From a virus, in the IMG/VR virus record IMGVR_UViG_3300009509_000017, positions 6,269-70,268 of that record: a DNA stretch of 64,000 nt. One strand, 5' to 3'. A program made the translations under genes and the position numbers. The notes under the pieces are model-generated. The model had not been told where the DNA came from and did no database searches. It saw only the letters and a list, made by a program, of their open reading frames with translations. Positions 40,977 to 51,220 of the stretch are shown in pieces; the first letter of the stretch is position 1, and every line of letters starts with the position of its first letter.

Positions 40977-41975
40977 CTACAGGTCTACCTTGCCGTGCAT
41001 GCCCTGCATCTGCTTGAGCGCCAGCTTGGCATACACACGAGTGATACCAGGGTCAGAGTGACCCATCAGGTCTGCTGCAGCGCCGAGGCCGGCGCCTACA
41101 TACACTGCAGTGCCGAACCGGTGCCGGAACTGGTGCGGAGTGATCTTCTTCACGCCAGCATCCTCACACAGGCCGGCCAGGGTGCGGCGTACAGACTCAG
41201 TGGTCATGGCCATGTTGAAGTCTTTGACTACGTGGTCGAGCCGGATGAACACCGGGCAGTCTTCCCTGCCGTCAGGGTGTTCTGCCATCCAGTCGGACAG
41301 CCAGAATTGTGCTGCATCGTCCAGAAAGACGTAACGCTCTTTCTCTCCCTTGCCTGCAGGGACCACGATATAGCCGTCAGCCAGGTGGACGTGCCCGAAC
41401 CGCATATCTACCAGTTCTTGGACCCGCACGCCAGTCGAGCGCAGTACCTCTACGATAGCTGCGTCACGGCTCGCCGTCCAGATCTGCCTGTCAGTGCCAT
41501 CGTACCTGGTGCGCTCGTGCGCCTTGGCGAGAACCTTTTGCACCGCATCCTCATCAGGCAACTTGGGCAGTGGTGCAGGCCGCCTGCCGTTCGCGTACCT
41601 GACAGCCTCTACCGCACGGTCCAGGTCGTCACTGGAAAAGTGTGCCCACTGGCGCAGGATCAGCCACTTGAGAAAGACCCGTACCATAGCCACGTAGGTC
41701 TTCTGCGTCTCGTACTTCAAGCCATCATCCTGCAGCGTTGTCTTGTAGTCGATCAGATCCTCTGCTCGCACGTCTTCCACGGTGAAAAGGATCTCTTCCT
41801 CATCGCCATCAGAAACCGGATCGGTCAGTTCCCCGAACAGCGCCAGAAACCTGTTGAGCGCACTACGCATGGTCTTGATCGTCCGTGGCGACTTGCTCTG
41901 GCTGGTCAGGTAGTACTCTACCACAGCGGCCAGAGGCTCTTTGCTGATATCAAGTTGTGTCGTTCGTCTTGCCAT
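40977..41975 (-). CDS. tyrosine recombinase (XerC/D-like integrase)
   Basis: TGVRVQE (R), GKGEKER (K), HQFRH, MGHS, TRVY catalytic residues. Confidence 0.95.
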   Translation of the reverse strand: MARRTTQLDISKEPLAAVVEYYLTSQSKSPRTIKTMRSALNRFLALFGELTDPVSDGDEEEILFTVEDVRAEDLIDYKTTLQDDGLKYETQKTYVAMVRVFLKWLILRQWAHFSSDDLDRAVEAVRYANGRRPAPLPKLPDEDAVQKVLAKAHERTRYDGTDRQIWTASRDAAIVEVLRSTGVRVQELVDMRFGHVHLADGYIVVPAGKGEKERYVFLDDAAQFWLSDWMAEHPDGREDCPVFIRLDHVVKDFNMAMTTESVRRTLAGLCEDAGVKKITPHQFRHRFGTAVYVGAGLGAAADLMGHSDPGITRVYAKLALKQMQGMHGKVDL

Positions 41976-42213
41976 CTTGCGTACCCCCTTTTGAGTATCG
42001 TTCTGCTATCTCTGTATCGTACTGCCACACGTACTGTGGACAGCGACGGTTCGTTACCCCTGGCCCGATCACCGACATATCCAACACATGCTTACCAGGT
42101 TGCGGTGCTATACACCTACCTGTTCCTGGCCTTGTCTCAGGTAGTGGTTGTTGTCTGTACCAGCACGAGTCACACCAGTGCTTGTGCCACATTCTCACCC
42201 TGAACTTAGCCAC
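41950..42213 (-). CDS. hypothetical Cys-containing protein
   Basis: Coupled ORF. Confidence 0.5.
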   Translation of the reverse strand: MAKFRVRMWHKHWCDSCWYRQQPLPETRPGTGRCIAPQPGKHVLDMSVIGPGVTNRRCPQYVWQYDTEIAERYSKGGTQDGKTNDTT

Positions 42214-42706
42214 CTTTGATCTCCTTTAGCACCTTGCCGAGTGTGGCCAGCCAGTCGCTGCCTGTGTAGTAGACGCTGCGCCCTAGCTCTAGTATTGCGT
42301 GCTGCGGGAACCACTCTTTGTCCTTGACCCGTATGCTCACGATTGCGCACTCACTGCCCGGTGGTGACATTCCCCTTATTGCGTAAAGCTCATCGATCCA
42401 CGCATCGTTCGGGAACACCACGCTCTGCATGCCGTCGATGATGCCCTTGACGGTGTTGTCCAGGTCCACGTTGTTGTAATTCAGAGCGCCTGTGAACACG
42501 GTTATGTGTACTGACAGGTGCTCGCCTGTCTCGTATGGCTCGTACTCACCTGCAGCCATTTGTTCTACCAGGTCGGCCCTTAGTGCAGCCCTGCTATCCA
42601 GGTAGGCTTGCCATCTTTTATCCACCCACTTCTGTTTCCTGGTCGTCCTGGTGTATGGATGTGGTCGGTGCTTGATAACAAAGGTCATATCCCATGTGTC
42701 GTTCAT
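42206..42706 (-). CDS. rusA: RusA-family Holliday junction resolvase
   Basis: DLDNTVKGIIDGM..FPND motif. Confidence 0.85.
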   Translation of the reverse strand: MNDTWDMTFVIKHRPHPYTRTTRKQKWVDKRWQAYLDSRAALRADLVEQMAAGEYEPYETGEHLSVHITVFTGALNYNNVDLDNTVKGIIDGMQSVVFPNDAWIDELYAIRGMSPPGSECAIVSIRVKDKEWFPQHAILELGRSVYYTGSDWLATLGKVLKEIKGG

Positions 42707-43194
42707 GGTCCCCCCTCTTGCAAACCCACGGCGATCAGGTGATCGGCCAGTCCACACTTGGGTTTTTTCCTGCGTCCGTTGGCACCCATACCATCCCAAC
42801 AGAACAGGGCCAGTGGGCAGATGCCCGGGCACTTCCTGACGCCGTCACGTGCATGTGCCCGCAGCAGCGCCAACTGGGTGGTGGTGAGCTTGTATGACTT
42901 GCCTATCTCGACCATGTCCTGCCTGGTAGTCAGGCCCATCTGTGCCGCAGTCTTTTTGTAGGCGCCACCTTGCTTGCGCAGCTTGATGCCATGGGCATGC
43001 AGGATCAGCCTGCATGACTCGATGGTGATGTCTAGCTCTTCCGCCAGGCCGCGAGATCCGCCAGCCATGTCATAGGCTACCTGCATGGCATCTGAATCCA
43101 GCAGTGTGTCCCAATCGAGATCGCCACCCTTGCGCACTCGCAGGCGCAGAATGTACTCTACCTCTTCCTTTACTGTGCCGTGTTGTTTTGGCAT
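42703..43194 (-). CDS. hypothetical HTH protein
   Basis: SRGLAEELDITIESCRLIL, HTH-like. Confidence 0.55.
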   Translation of the reverse strand: MPKQHGTVKEEVEYILRLRVRKGGDLDWDTLLDSDAMQVAYDMAGGSRGLAEELDITIESCRLILHAHGIKLRKQGGAYKKTAAQMGLTTRQDMVEIGKSYKLTTTQLALLRAHARDGVRKCPGICPLALFCWDGMGANGRRKKPKCGLADHLIAVGLQEGGP

Positions 43195-43257
43195 ACATTC
43201 CTCCCCATATAGTTGGCTTATGGGAATAAGCGGCCCGGGTCACCCCAGGCCGCTCAT

Positions 43258-43434
43258 CTACCGTTCTCGCAGGCGCTGCCCGAGTCCCCCACGCTCAGGC
43301 TTGTCATGCTGCTCAGTCTGGCCAAGCTCACGCAGGAATGCAGTAGCATCACTGCACCCCTCACCGTTGAACCCTTGCGCATCGTACACGATCTTGCCGT
43401 CTATGATCTTGAACTCGATCACCTTGTCGTTCAT
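43258..43434 (-). CDS. DUF2997-like small protein (not in ORF track)
   Basis: MNDKVIEFKIIDGKIVYDAQGFNGEGCSDATAFL; ATGA overlap with the DUF1257-like gene. Confidence 0.75.
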   Translation of the reverse strand: MNDKVIEFKIIDGKIVYDAQGFNGEGCSDATAFLRELGQTEQHDKPERGGLGQRLRER

Positions 43435-43889
43435 CTGCTCAACCCCTCTCTGGCCAGCGTTGCGCCCATCTGCGCAGGGATGATCTCACCTGTGACGTGC
43501 CCGGTGTTCCTGTCCAGTTCGTAGCTCATTGTGAATCCCCGAGGCAGCCCACGCTCTGCTAACTTGAAGGCGTAGAGGTTCTGAATAGACTGCCAGTTTG
43601 CAGGCGCATTGCCATGGGCGATGTCGATCTCCGCCCGGTAGGTGCCGTCTCCGTTGGACACAAAGGCTGTGTCTCCACAGTAGCGCCTGGGTGTGGTGTC
43701 CAGGCCGCCACTCAGGCGACCGATCACCACTGTGGCGTCACGTCCCCTTGCCTTGCCAGGCATCTGCCATTTGTGGTAGGCTAGCTTGCCGGCAGGATCG
43801 TAGACGTATCTCAGTCCCAGTTCGTCCAGCACTGCACAGAGCAGTGCCATGTCATTGATCTCAGTCTGGACCGTTCCGTATACAGACAT
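43431..43889 (-). CDS. DUF1257/Ycf35-like protein
   Basis: MS.Y.TVQTEINDMALL..VL.ELG...GDTAF..NGDGTY. Confidence 0.75.
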   Translation of the reverse strand: MSVYGTVQTEINDMALLCAVLDELGLRYVYDPAGKLAYHKWQMPGKARGRDATVVIGRLSGGLDTTPRRYCGDTAFVSNGDGTYRAEIDIAHGNAPANWQSIQNLYAFKLAERGLPRGFTMSYELDRNTGHVTGEIIPAQMGATLAREGLSR

Positions 43890-43965
43890 CTTGCGTACCC
43901 CCTTTCGGTTAGTGTTGGTTATAGGAATAACGGCTGGCAGTATGTATCACTGCCAGCCGCATTCG

Positions 43966-45684
43966 CTATAGTTCGATCTGGCCCGGGCCAGTTGCCTCAT
44001 GGCCAACCGTGTCAGGCTGCGCTGACGATGCGGGCATTGCCCACTGCATTGCCTTTTCGCGCATCACGGCGATGTCATCACCTGCCTGGCGAGACATCTG
44101 CGACCGGACCACGATCTGGCTATGCAGTAGCTCGACCGTCAGGTCTTGCTCTGCACTCCATGCGATCCTGTGCGCAGCCTCTATTGCCTGCTCGATCCCC
44201 CGGGGATTGATTGACGACCGTACTGTCTCCGCTGCGACAGCGGGCAGCCCGGGGTCATCCACCAGGTGGCCCAGTCCCCTCTTGGTCAGGTGGATCTGGA
44301 AGACCTGCAGTGCCTCTGCCGTGTTCCTGGGCAGGTCTACCAGCCAGCGATCCTCAAACCGATCCCGCAGTGGTGCAGGCAGTCGGTCAGGGTGGTTGGT
44401 CGTAGCGACCACGATGCACTGCGACTTGCGTTCCTGCATCCAGGTGAGCAGTTGCTGCTGCATTTCCTTGGATACCTCATGCTGATCGCCGCTGTCACTA
44501 AAGACCAGGTCGATCTCGTCTACCCACAGCACACACAGGTTGATAGCGTCCGCTGCGTTCAGTACCGCACGGACGTTGGCGGCAGTGTTGCCCACCCACA
44601 TGTTCTTGCTCTCTGCAGGTGACCACCGCAGGATGGGCAGCAGGCCGCCACCCAGGCACTTGCAGGCCAGCGACTTGCCAGTGCCGGCAGGACCCATCAT
44701 CAGGATTGCCCGGGGTGGTCGCACATTGGCCGCCCGGGCAGCCTGGGTCAGTAGCCTGGGATAGTCCCTTACCGCTGTCTTGAGCAGGTCCAGGCCGCCG
44801 ATGTGATCCAGAGGTTCAGGTTCGATCAGTTCGATCCCCTGCTGTTGCTTGAGGATCTGAGCTTTCATGCCGCTGATGATAGGCCCGCACTTGTCAGCCG
44901 ACAGTTCTTTGGCCATCACCATAGCCTGGCGGAGTACGAACCCTGCCTGTGTCCAGGTCAGAGCCGTCAGCGCCTGGGCCAGGACCTCAGCGCCACCGTT
45001 CTTGACGTCATCGCTGACAGGGATATTCACCCTGCTGGCTGTGGCCCTGACCATTGCCGTCAGTTCGTCTACGTCAGGCAGTGGCCAGCGGATAACCACG
45101 ATCTCTGTGGTACTGTCGCCCAGTTGCGACATGTCAGGTGCCGTGATGATGCAGGTTGACTTGGTGGGCAGCAGACCGTAGAACAGGTCGCGCATGGACC
45201 GGATGCTGGCAGGGTCACCCTTGCCCTCACCCCCACCCAGGAACCTGTGCAGGTCGTGCATGATCAGGACCGATGCCCGTTCACGCATCAGGTCTTCGTC
45301 CAGGCCGCCATCGTTCAGTTCTGCCCTTGCCCACCTGCAGAAGTCCTGCGCTGCAGCGTAGGGCTGGTTGGTGTTCTTGTTCTTGCGTGCCGCGAGAAAG
45401 GCGTCAGCCTCATCGTAGCGCTTGGTCAGTGAGTCAGGGACATTCTGCAGGTCCCTGAACCGTGGTCGAACGAGCACCAGGCCGCCAGTGTGTGTCCACA
45501 CGAAAACCAGCCGCTCGTCCATGGCGATCTTGCTCTCATCGGTCAGGCTGATCATAGGGAAGTCAGTCATGCGCCTGACGTACTCCACGATCCGTGCCTC
45601 TTCCGTGGTCTCGATACCGATCAAGGGAACCCTTGCCCGTATCGCCGTCTCCAGTGCTGCCAGTGCTGCCTCAGTTGCTTTCAT
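43966..45684 (-). CDS. Ycf46-like AAA+ ATPase
   Basis: IRARVPLI.IETTEEAR, IGGLDLLK, GPAGTGKS, LWVDEID, ATTN. Confidence 0.9.
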   Translation of the reverse strand: MKATEAALAALETAIRARVPLIGIETTEEARIVEYVRRMTDFPMISLTDESKIAMDERLVFVWTHTGGLVLVRPRFRDLQNVPDSLTKRYDEADAFLAARKNKNTNQPYAAAQDFCRWARAELNDGGLDEDLMRERASVLIMHDLHRFLGGGEGKGDPASIRSMRDLFYGLLPTKSTCIITAPDMSQLGDSTTEIVVIRWPLPDVDELTAMVRATASRVNIPVSDDVKNGGAEVLAQALTALTWTQAGFVLRQAMVMAKELSADKCGPIISGMKAQILKQQQGIELIEPEPLDHIGGLDLLKTAVRDYPRLLTQAARAANVRPPRAILMMGPAGTGKSLACKCLGGGLLPILRWSPAESKNMWVGNTAANVRAVLNAADAINLCVLWVDEIDLVFSDSGDQHEVSKEMQQQLLTWMQERKSQCIVVATTNHPDRLPAPLRDRFEDRWLVDLPRNTAEALQVFQIHLTKRGLGHLVDDPGLPAVAAETVRSSINPRGIEQAIEAAHRIAWSAEQDLTVELLHSQIVVRSQMSRQAGDDIAVMREKAMQWAMPASSAQPDTVGHEATGPGQIEL

Positions 45685-45773
45685 CGCTCTCCCCCTTTGT
45701 GAGATAGTAAGGTTTGTTTGTCATAGGAATAACGCCTGCCACAGTGGATCTGTGACAGGCGTATCCTAGACTT

Positions 45774-46232
45774 TCATAACTCGATATCCCACGGTTGTGG
45801 CACGTCATGCTCACCGACGAACCTTGGTGGCTGTACATCGTCCAGGTGTCCAAAGAACTCTGCCGTTATCTCAGAGAAACTAGGGACTTCTACTGAGAGC
45901 GAGAACCCTGCGGTCATCACGTAGCCCGAGACGCAGCCGCACTTGTATATGAACATGACAGGCACGTGGTTCTCGTTTGGCGTGTTTGCCTGCAGGTGTT
46001 GTATCAGTTCCACCATACCATCGCTCTCAGTGATGCCGTCGAGTGGCAGGTAGCCTGCAGACGATCTGATCTCCGGCGCATAGATAACCACGCCCGGGCC
46101 ATGTGCTGCCACTCCATCCATGTAGGTGTCATAGATGCCAGGAAAGAGTGACAGCACGTTCTTGGTTTCCAGTGTGTGTTGTTCTGGACCGTGGGTGTGC
46201 TGCTCGTGCAAGGTCAGTACCGTGTTAGCCAT
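45774..46232 (-). CDS. hypothetical protein
   Basis: GGGGGTG SD; ends next to a repeat element. Confidence 0.65.
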   Translation of the reverse strand: MANTVLTLHEQHTHGPEQHTLETKNVLSLFPGIYDTYMDGVAAHGPGVVIYAPEIRSSAGYLPLDGITESDGMVELIQHLQANTPNENHVPVMFIYKCGCVSGYVMTAGFSLSVEVPSFSEITAEFFGHLDDVQPPRFVGEHDVPQPWDIEL

Positions 46233-46242
46233 GGTGCACCCC

Positions 46243-47538
46243 CTATATGTCCATCATCGTCATAGCGTCGATCTCCAGGTTGGCTGCGACGTCTGCGGCA
46301 TCGGACAGGGCAGTGCCGATAGCCTGGCGGATATTGGACAGCACAGCGTCAGCGTCGTACTTGCCGCCGCCAGTGTCTACGGACTGCAGGCTGTCAGCCA
46401 GAGCCTGCAGGCGCTGTTCCATTTCTGTATCGCTGGTGATGTTCATGAGCTTGAACCACTCGTGCAGCGACCGGATAGCGTTTGCCTCTTTGCCGTGCAC
46501 CCATCCCCTGCGGGTGATGTTGGTCTGCAGTCCGGAGAGTGTGGCGTAGATGCGCTGCCTATTGTCCTCTACGATCTGCAGCAGAGGGTTGACCGTGTCT
46601 TTCACGACCTCTCTTGCGATCTCGATCTGCGCCTGGCGGATTGCCCTGATCTCTTCCTCTGCCTGGAACTTGGCTATCCGCTCACGCTCTGCAGCCTCTA
46701 TCTCCGCAGCCTTGGCCAGGTCGCCGGCAGCACGTGCCTCAGCCTCTGCCTTTTCCGCCCGGGCCTTGTTCTGCCGTGCCCACATGTCATGTTCCAGCCG
46801 CTCTTTCTCGTACTCATCCCTGCGCTGGCTGGCCAGTCGCTGCGCCTTGAGCAGTTCCGCCTGGTACTCGCTCTCAAGCAGGAAAGTGGCAGGCGGCTTG
46901 ATGCTGATCTGTAGGTCGCTCTCGATGCGAGACTTGCTAGGAAAGTGACTCAGTGCGTCAGCCACGACCAGGTCCACGAACGCTTGCTGCTCGTACTTGG
47001 CCTGGATAGCAGGTGTGGCAGCATAGGTGTCGCGGGCATGCTTGCGGTAGTCCGCCCGGCAGTCCGCTTTCAGCGTGTTGTAGTTCTCGATGATCCACGC
47101 CTTGTAGTCTGCCCACTCTTTCATCAGTTCCTGGTGCCGTTCCCACCAGGTGAGAAAGGCAGAGTAGGGCACGTAGCGATAGCCAGGGAACACTGCGATG
47201 GCCTGGCTGTAGCGCAGCAGGTTGTCGCGGATACGCTGCGCCACGCTCGCTAGCCTGGTGTCGGGCAGCAGGTTCTTGCGCCCGATGCGCAAGCGCTTGG
47301 TGACCCTGCGGGCATCACGAGAACTTACCCCCAGGTCCAGTTGCCAGGACGTGCGAGCCTCAAACATCGTCAGCCCGTTGATGTCCAGGTCCAGCAACAT
47401 GCCCGCATCACGTAGAGACTTTACGTTTGCGTGCAAAACTTCAACCTCTCCACCATCGAAACCCATGGCGACCAGGTTGGCCAGCGCTTGGCGCCGGACT
47501 GTGTCAGCGGCATTGGTAGCCAGCAGTTCGTCAGTCAT
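46243..47538 (-). CDS. DUF3150-like coiled-coil protein
   Basis: RLRIGRKNLLP, FPGYRYVP; position beside the Ycf46 module. Confidence 0.55.
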   Translation of the reverse strand: MTDELLATNAADTVRRQALANLVAMGFDGGEVEVLHANVKSLRDAGMLLDLDINGLTMFEARTSWQLDLGVSSRDARRVTKRLRIGRKNLLPDTRLASVAQRIRDNLLRYSQAIAVFPGYRYVPYSAFLTWWERHQELMKEWADYKAWIIENYNTLKADCRADYRKHARDTYAATPAIQAKYEQQAFVDLVVADALSHFPSKSRIESDLQISIKPPATFLLESEYQAELLKAQRLASQRRDEYEKERLEHDMWARQNKARAEKAEAEARAAGDLAKAAEIEAAERERIAKFQAEEEIRAIRQAQIEIAREVVKDTVNPLLQIVEDNRQRIYATLSGLQTNITRRGWVHGKEANAIRSLHEWFKLMNITSDTEMEQRLQALADSLQSVDTGGGKYDADAVLSNIRQAIGTALSDAADVAANLEIDAMTMMDI

Positions 47539-47636
47539 CGTGCATTCCCCCTTTCGTTTTTCCTAAAAAGTGATTAGTTGTTGTCTATAGGAAAAACGCC
47601 TGCAGCGCTGGATCTGTGACAGCGCTGCAGGTGGAT

Positions 47637-48212
47637 TTACAATGACTCCCGCTGGTACTTGTGCGGATACTTGACTGACCAATCCATCATTGCCATGGCA
47701 AGTTGTGCCATGGCGTTGAGGCGGCGACCCCACCACTCTTCAAAGAGTTTGTCTGCGTTGGCTCGAAATCGCTTGGTATACTCATCGTCGTTCAGCAGTC
47801 CACCGAACACCATTTCTTTCTGCGTCTCTGCGATTGCCCGGTTGGCCAGATCTGCGCTGTTGTCCAGATCGATCAACTGTGGGCTGGCTATCCCACGCCT
47901 GTACAGGGAAAGGGATAGCGTTGCAGAGTAGCCGCCATGTGATATACGACCGAGCCAGATGACGATCCGGTCAGCGAACAGTTCTAGCGCAGAGGTTAAT
48001 TCTAGCGGCAGTGCGATGTAGACAGCGTACCCTAGCATTTGGTGGTGCATCGGTGCAATGTTCAGATCCTCTGCAGCGATGGCGCATTCACGCAGCCAGA
48101 TAGATGGCTGCGTACCATCACCATGGACACCCATGACGGCGCCGTGTTCTAGTCGCCAGTGGCTGCCGCATCCATGGAGTAGCCCGAGATTGTCAAGTTC
48201 AAGATCTGGCAT
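47637..48212 (-). CDS. hypothetical protein
   Basis: Start MPDLELD overlaps the upstream gene. Confidence 0.55.
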   Translation of the reverse strand: MPDLELDNLGLLHGCGSHWRLEHGAVMGVHGDGTQPSIWLRECAIAAEDLNIAPMHHQMLGYAVYIALPLELTSALELFADRIVIWLGRISHGGYSATLSLSLYRRGIASPQLIDLDNSADLANRAIAETQKEMVFGGLLNDDEYTKRFRANADKLFEEWWGRRLNAMAQLAMAMMDWSVKYPHKYQRESL

Positions 48213-48534
48213 TGCCCGCATCCTCTGGCGGCTCTTTGTACAGGTCAGGGAACTTTTTACACACCCGGTGGTAGTTCCGGCTGACCGTCTTGTAGTTCGG
48301 CACACCCTTGCGCTTGCCACCGATGATGTCCAGCACAACCTCAACCTGTCCGTTCTCGATAAGCTGGCCCAGTCCATGAAACTCGTCCCAAACCTTGGCC
48401 ACTACGGCGCCTACATGACCCCGCAGGTCAGGGTTGGTCTCCAGCACGAACCTGACCTGTGCAAACGTGCCACTGATGATGGGCACGTCTTTGTCCAGGC
48501 CAAACATACCAAGCTGTTTAGCTGTTCCCGCCAT
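48199..48534 (-). CDS. hypothetical protein
   Basis: AAGGGGG SD before ATG 48534. Confidence 0.6.
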   Translation of the reverse strand: MAGTAKQLGMFGLDKDVPIISGTFAQVRFVLETNPDLRGHVGAVVAKVWDEFHGLGQLIENGQVEVVLDIIGGKRKGVPNYKTVSRNYHRVCKKFPDLYKEPPEDAGNARS

Positions 48535-49234
48535 TTCCGTCTGTCCCCCTTTCGCTTTCTCCACACCGTGGCGTGGGAATCTGTTTGCCCGCCAGGTTCA
48601 AAAGGGCATCTTCCATCCATCCCTTGGCGGCTGTGATAGCGCCATCTGTGATGGTGATCATGCCGTTGGTTGTCCAGTCCAGTAGGACCAGGTCACTTGC
48701 GGGCATTGGCGCGAGCAGGCTGCCCGCATTGTCCAGGGTTGACTCCACGTCGATGACCCGCTGGTTGGCAGACCCCACATACTGCATATGGTCGTTGTCC
48801 AGTTCCCACATGTAGGGACCATCCACCAGCACCCTGATATGGAACAGGATCAGGCGACGGTAGCGCCACCCGATGGTTGTTCTGTTCACCAGTCGTTCCC
48901 ACTTGTACCCGGTGTAGACGATGATGTGCGCCGACTGATCCAGTGCCCTTATGGCAGTGACCAGCATCAGTAGTTCCTCTGCCTGATCGAAAGGTTCACC
49001 ACCAGTGATGGTGTATCGGTGCGAGCCACCACCCAGGTCCTTGTTCCACTCTACCATCTGTCCTGCGAGTCTCATAGGGTCACCAGCCATGCCACCCCAC
49101 TTGTCCCACAGTTCCTTGTTCTGGCAGCGCCCACAGTGGATACTGCAGCCCTGGAACCAGATGACTGTGCGGACACCCGGGCCATCTACGGTGCTTGCCG
49201 CTCTCATGCCAGCGTATCTAAGTACTAGGCTCAT
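48518..49234 (-). CDS. nrdG: NrdG-like radical SAM activase
   Basis: VDGPGVR..FQGCSIHCGRCQN, TGGEPF, LVDGPY, GSANQ. Confidence 0.85.
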   Translation of the reverse strand: MSLVLRYAGMRAASTVDGPGVRTVIWFQGCSIHCGRCQNKELWDKWGGMAGDPMRLAGQMVEWNKDLGGGSHRYTITGGEPFDQAEELLMLVTAIRALDQSAHIIVYTGYKWERLVNRTTIGWRYRRLILFHIRVLVDGPYMWELDNDHMQYVGSANQRVIDVESTLDNAGSLLAPMPASDLVLLDWTTNGMITITDGAITAAKGWMEDALLNLAGKQIPTPRCGESERGTDGNGGNS

Positions 49235-49262
49235 CTTGCCTCACCCCCTTTGTGTTGTGCAG

Positions 49263-49294
49263 TAATAACGTATTGGCCAATGGATCTGTGACAG
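49263..49294 (-). promoter_or_regulatory. hairpin-less TGTCACA-N16-CGTT promoter-like motif
   Basis: CTGTCACAGATCCA-TTGGCCAATA-CGTTATT upstream of the nrdG-like gene. Confidence 0.65.
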
Positions 49295-49299
49295 CGAGC

Positions 49300-50673
49300 C
49301 TACAATTCATCCAGCGGCATGCGTATCTGCAGCCCGCCATCTTTCTTGATGATCCTGGTGCCCACCACCTGGTTGCACCAGGGGCGCATGTACAGGAACA
49401 CGGTACCAATCGGCCCATTACGGTTCTTGCCAACGATCCACTCCATCCTGCCCTTGGCTGTGGTATCCTCTGGCTCGTACAGTTCCTGCCTATAGAGAAA
49501 GACCACTACATCAGCATCCTGCTCTAGTGCGCCAGACTCTCTCAGGTCAGAGAGGATAGGCCGCTTGTCCTGACGCTGCTCGACACCACGAGATAGCTGT
49601 GCATTGGCGACGACAGGGATATTAAGATCCTTGGCCAGCAACTTTAGCGCACGAGATATAGCGTCTACCTGCTCTCGACGGTTGAACCCATCGCTGGACG
49701 TCATAAGCTGCACGTAGTCGATGGCCAGCAGGTCTAGCCCGTACTCCGCCATGTGCTTGCGGGCAGTTGCCCGTAGCTCTGCAGGATCTTTGGTGCCACT
49801 CCACACCACGTGCATGGGCAAGTCTGTCAGCCTGGACATCGCATCCATCAGGCGCAGGAACTCACCGTCAGCGAACTGCCCACGTCGCACGCTCTTGGTG
49901 TTCAGCCCTGCCTCTATGCAGCCCATGCGCTGCGCTAGTTGGTCAGCGCTCATTTCCAGACTGATGAGCAGGGTGCGCTTGCCGGCCTTAGACGCATTCA
50001 TGCATAGGTTCAGCAGGGTAGCCGTCTTGCCCACCGATGGCCTGGCGGCCAGGATGGTCAGGTCACCCTTGTGCAGCCCGCCTACCAGGTCGTCCACATC
50101 GTGCCATCCAGTTGGCACGCCCATGACCCCCTGTCGCTGCATCGCACTCTCTACCTGGTCATACAATCCGCTCATCAGTTGGGCTGCAGACAGCTTGGAG
50201 TCGTCCACCATATCTGCTGTAGCCTCAAAATATAAGCGATCCGCATCGGCCAGGACATCGGTCAGGTCCCGGCTCTTGTCATAGGCAGCCTGCGCTACCC
50301 TGGCGGCCATGTCCACCATCTTGCGTCTCTTGGACAGTGACCGCACGATGTTAGCGTAGTGTTCTACGTGTAGGCTGGTTGGAGTTTCCAAAGAAAGTTC
50401 AGTGAGGTAGGTAGGTCCACCGCACTTGTCGAGATAACCCTGGTTGTCCAGAAAGTCTGACGTAGTCAGCAGGTCGATCTCGACCTGGCTCTGGTGCAAG
50501 CGTAACATGGCAGCGTAGATCCACTGGTGCCTGTCACGCCAAAAGTCGCCCGGTGCCAGCTTGTCGCTGATCCTGACAATTGCGTGTGGATCGATCAGCA
50601 GCGCACCAAGTACTCCCTGCTCTGCCTCTATAGAGGACAGAGGTTCTGGCTTGCTAGTCTTCCGTGTTGCCAT
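49300..50673 (-). CDS. dnaB: replicative DNA helicase
   Basis: AEQGVLG, AARPSVGKT, SLEM, IDYVQL, AQLSR, DLRESGALEQDAD. Confidence 0.97.
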   Translation of the reverse strand: MATRKTSKPEPLSSIEAEQGVLGALLIDPHAIVRISDKLAPGDFWRDRHQWIYAAMLRLHQSQVEIDLLTTSDFLDNQGYLDKCGGPTYLTELSLETPTSLHVEHYANIVRSLSKRRKMVDMAARVAQAAYDKSRDLTDVLADADRLYFEATADMVDDSKLSAAQLMSGLYDQVESAMQRQGVMGVPTGWHDVDDLVGGLHKGDLTILAARPSVGKTATLLNLCMNASKAGKRTLLISLEMSADQLAQRMGCIEAGLNTKSVRRGQFADGEFLRLMDAMSRLTDLPMHVVWSGTKDPAELRATARKHMAEYGLDLLAIDYVQLMTSSDGFNRREQVDAISRALKLLAKDLNIPVVANAQLSRGVEQRQDKRPILSDLRESGALEQDADVVVFLYRQELYEPEDTTAKGRMEWIVGKNRNGPIGTVFLYMRPWCNQVVGTRIIKKDGGLQIRMPLDEL

Positions 50674-51220
50674 CCATCCCCCTTTCGAGTAGGGCAGCGA
50701 CTGTGCCCGGTGTTAGTTGCCATGTTGCCACTCTCTGCCAATTCTCCACCATGGCAGGGTAGATCTGCTTGAGCCAGTGTGCCCGGTCTGTTGGTATGTT
50801 ATCACTGGCAGACAGGTACTTGACACCACCGATGGCGTCCACTGCCAATTCCACCACGTGGTGCGACCACTTGATAGGCCCATAGCCGCCGCCAGGCAGT
50901 GGCATGCCACGTGTGCCGTACTCCATGATATTGTGCCTGACCTCAGCCCAGGCATCCTCTGCACTTGGCAGACCCAGGTGCTCTGCTACCTCTGCCAGTG
51001 TAGCCTTGCGCACCACGGCTGGTGGTGGCATTATGGTCGCCATATCCCATGTGCGCAGAATGCGCAACACCCCTGCTTGTATGGCATTGATCGGCAAGCC
51101 GTCCAGTACCAGGGCATATGCCTGGATATTGCGGAGATTCAACCCAGGTGCTTGTGGCAGCCCATCATTCAGCACCCGCAGTGTCTTGCCCAGTTCTACT
51201 AGCCGCTCTTGGGATATCAT
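50654..51220 (-). CDS. helicase loader/inhibitor-like protein
   Basis: MPPPAVVR..SAEDAWAEV pattern; lies between initiator and dnaB. Confidence 0.6.
   Translation of the reverse strand: MISQERLVELGKTLRVLNDGLPQAPGLNLRNIQAYALVLDGLPINAIQAGVLRILRTWDMATIMPPPAVVRKATLAEVAEHLGLPSAEDAWAEVRHNIMEYGTRGMPLPGGGYGPIKWSHHVVELAVDAIGGVKYLSASDNIPTDRAHWLKQIYPAMVENWQRVATWQLTPGTVAALLERGMDGNTED

Noticed and set aside
40995-42203. 402-aa + strand ORF and similar long antisense ORFs (5668-6552, 46135-46914, 51847-52710)
   Set aside because: Shadow frames of well-supported genes in GC-rich DNA, without SD sites or recognisable motifs.
49300-50673. Intein or intron in dnaB or terL
   Set aside because: Both proteins have normal length and contiguous motifs.
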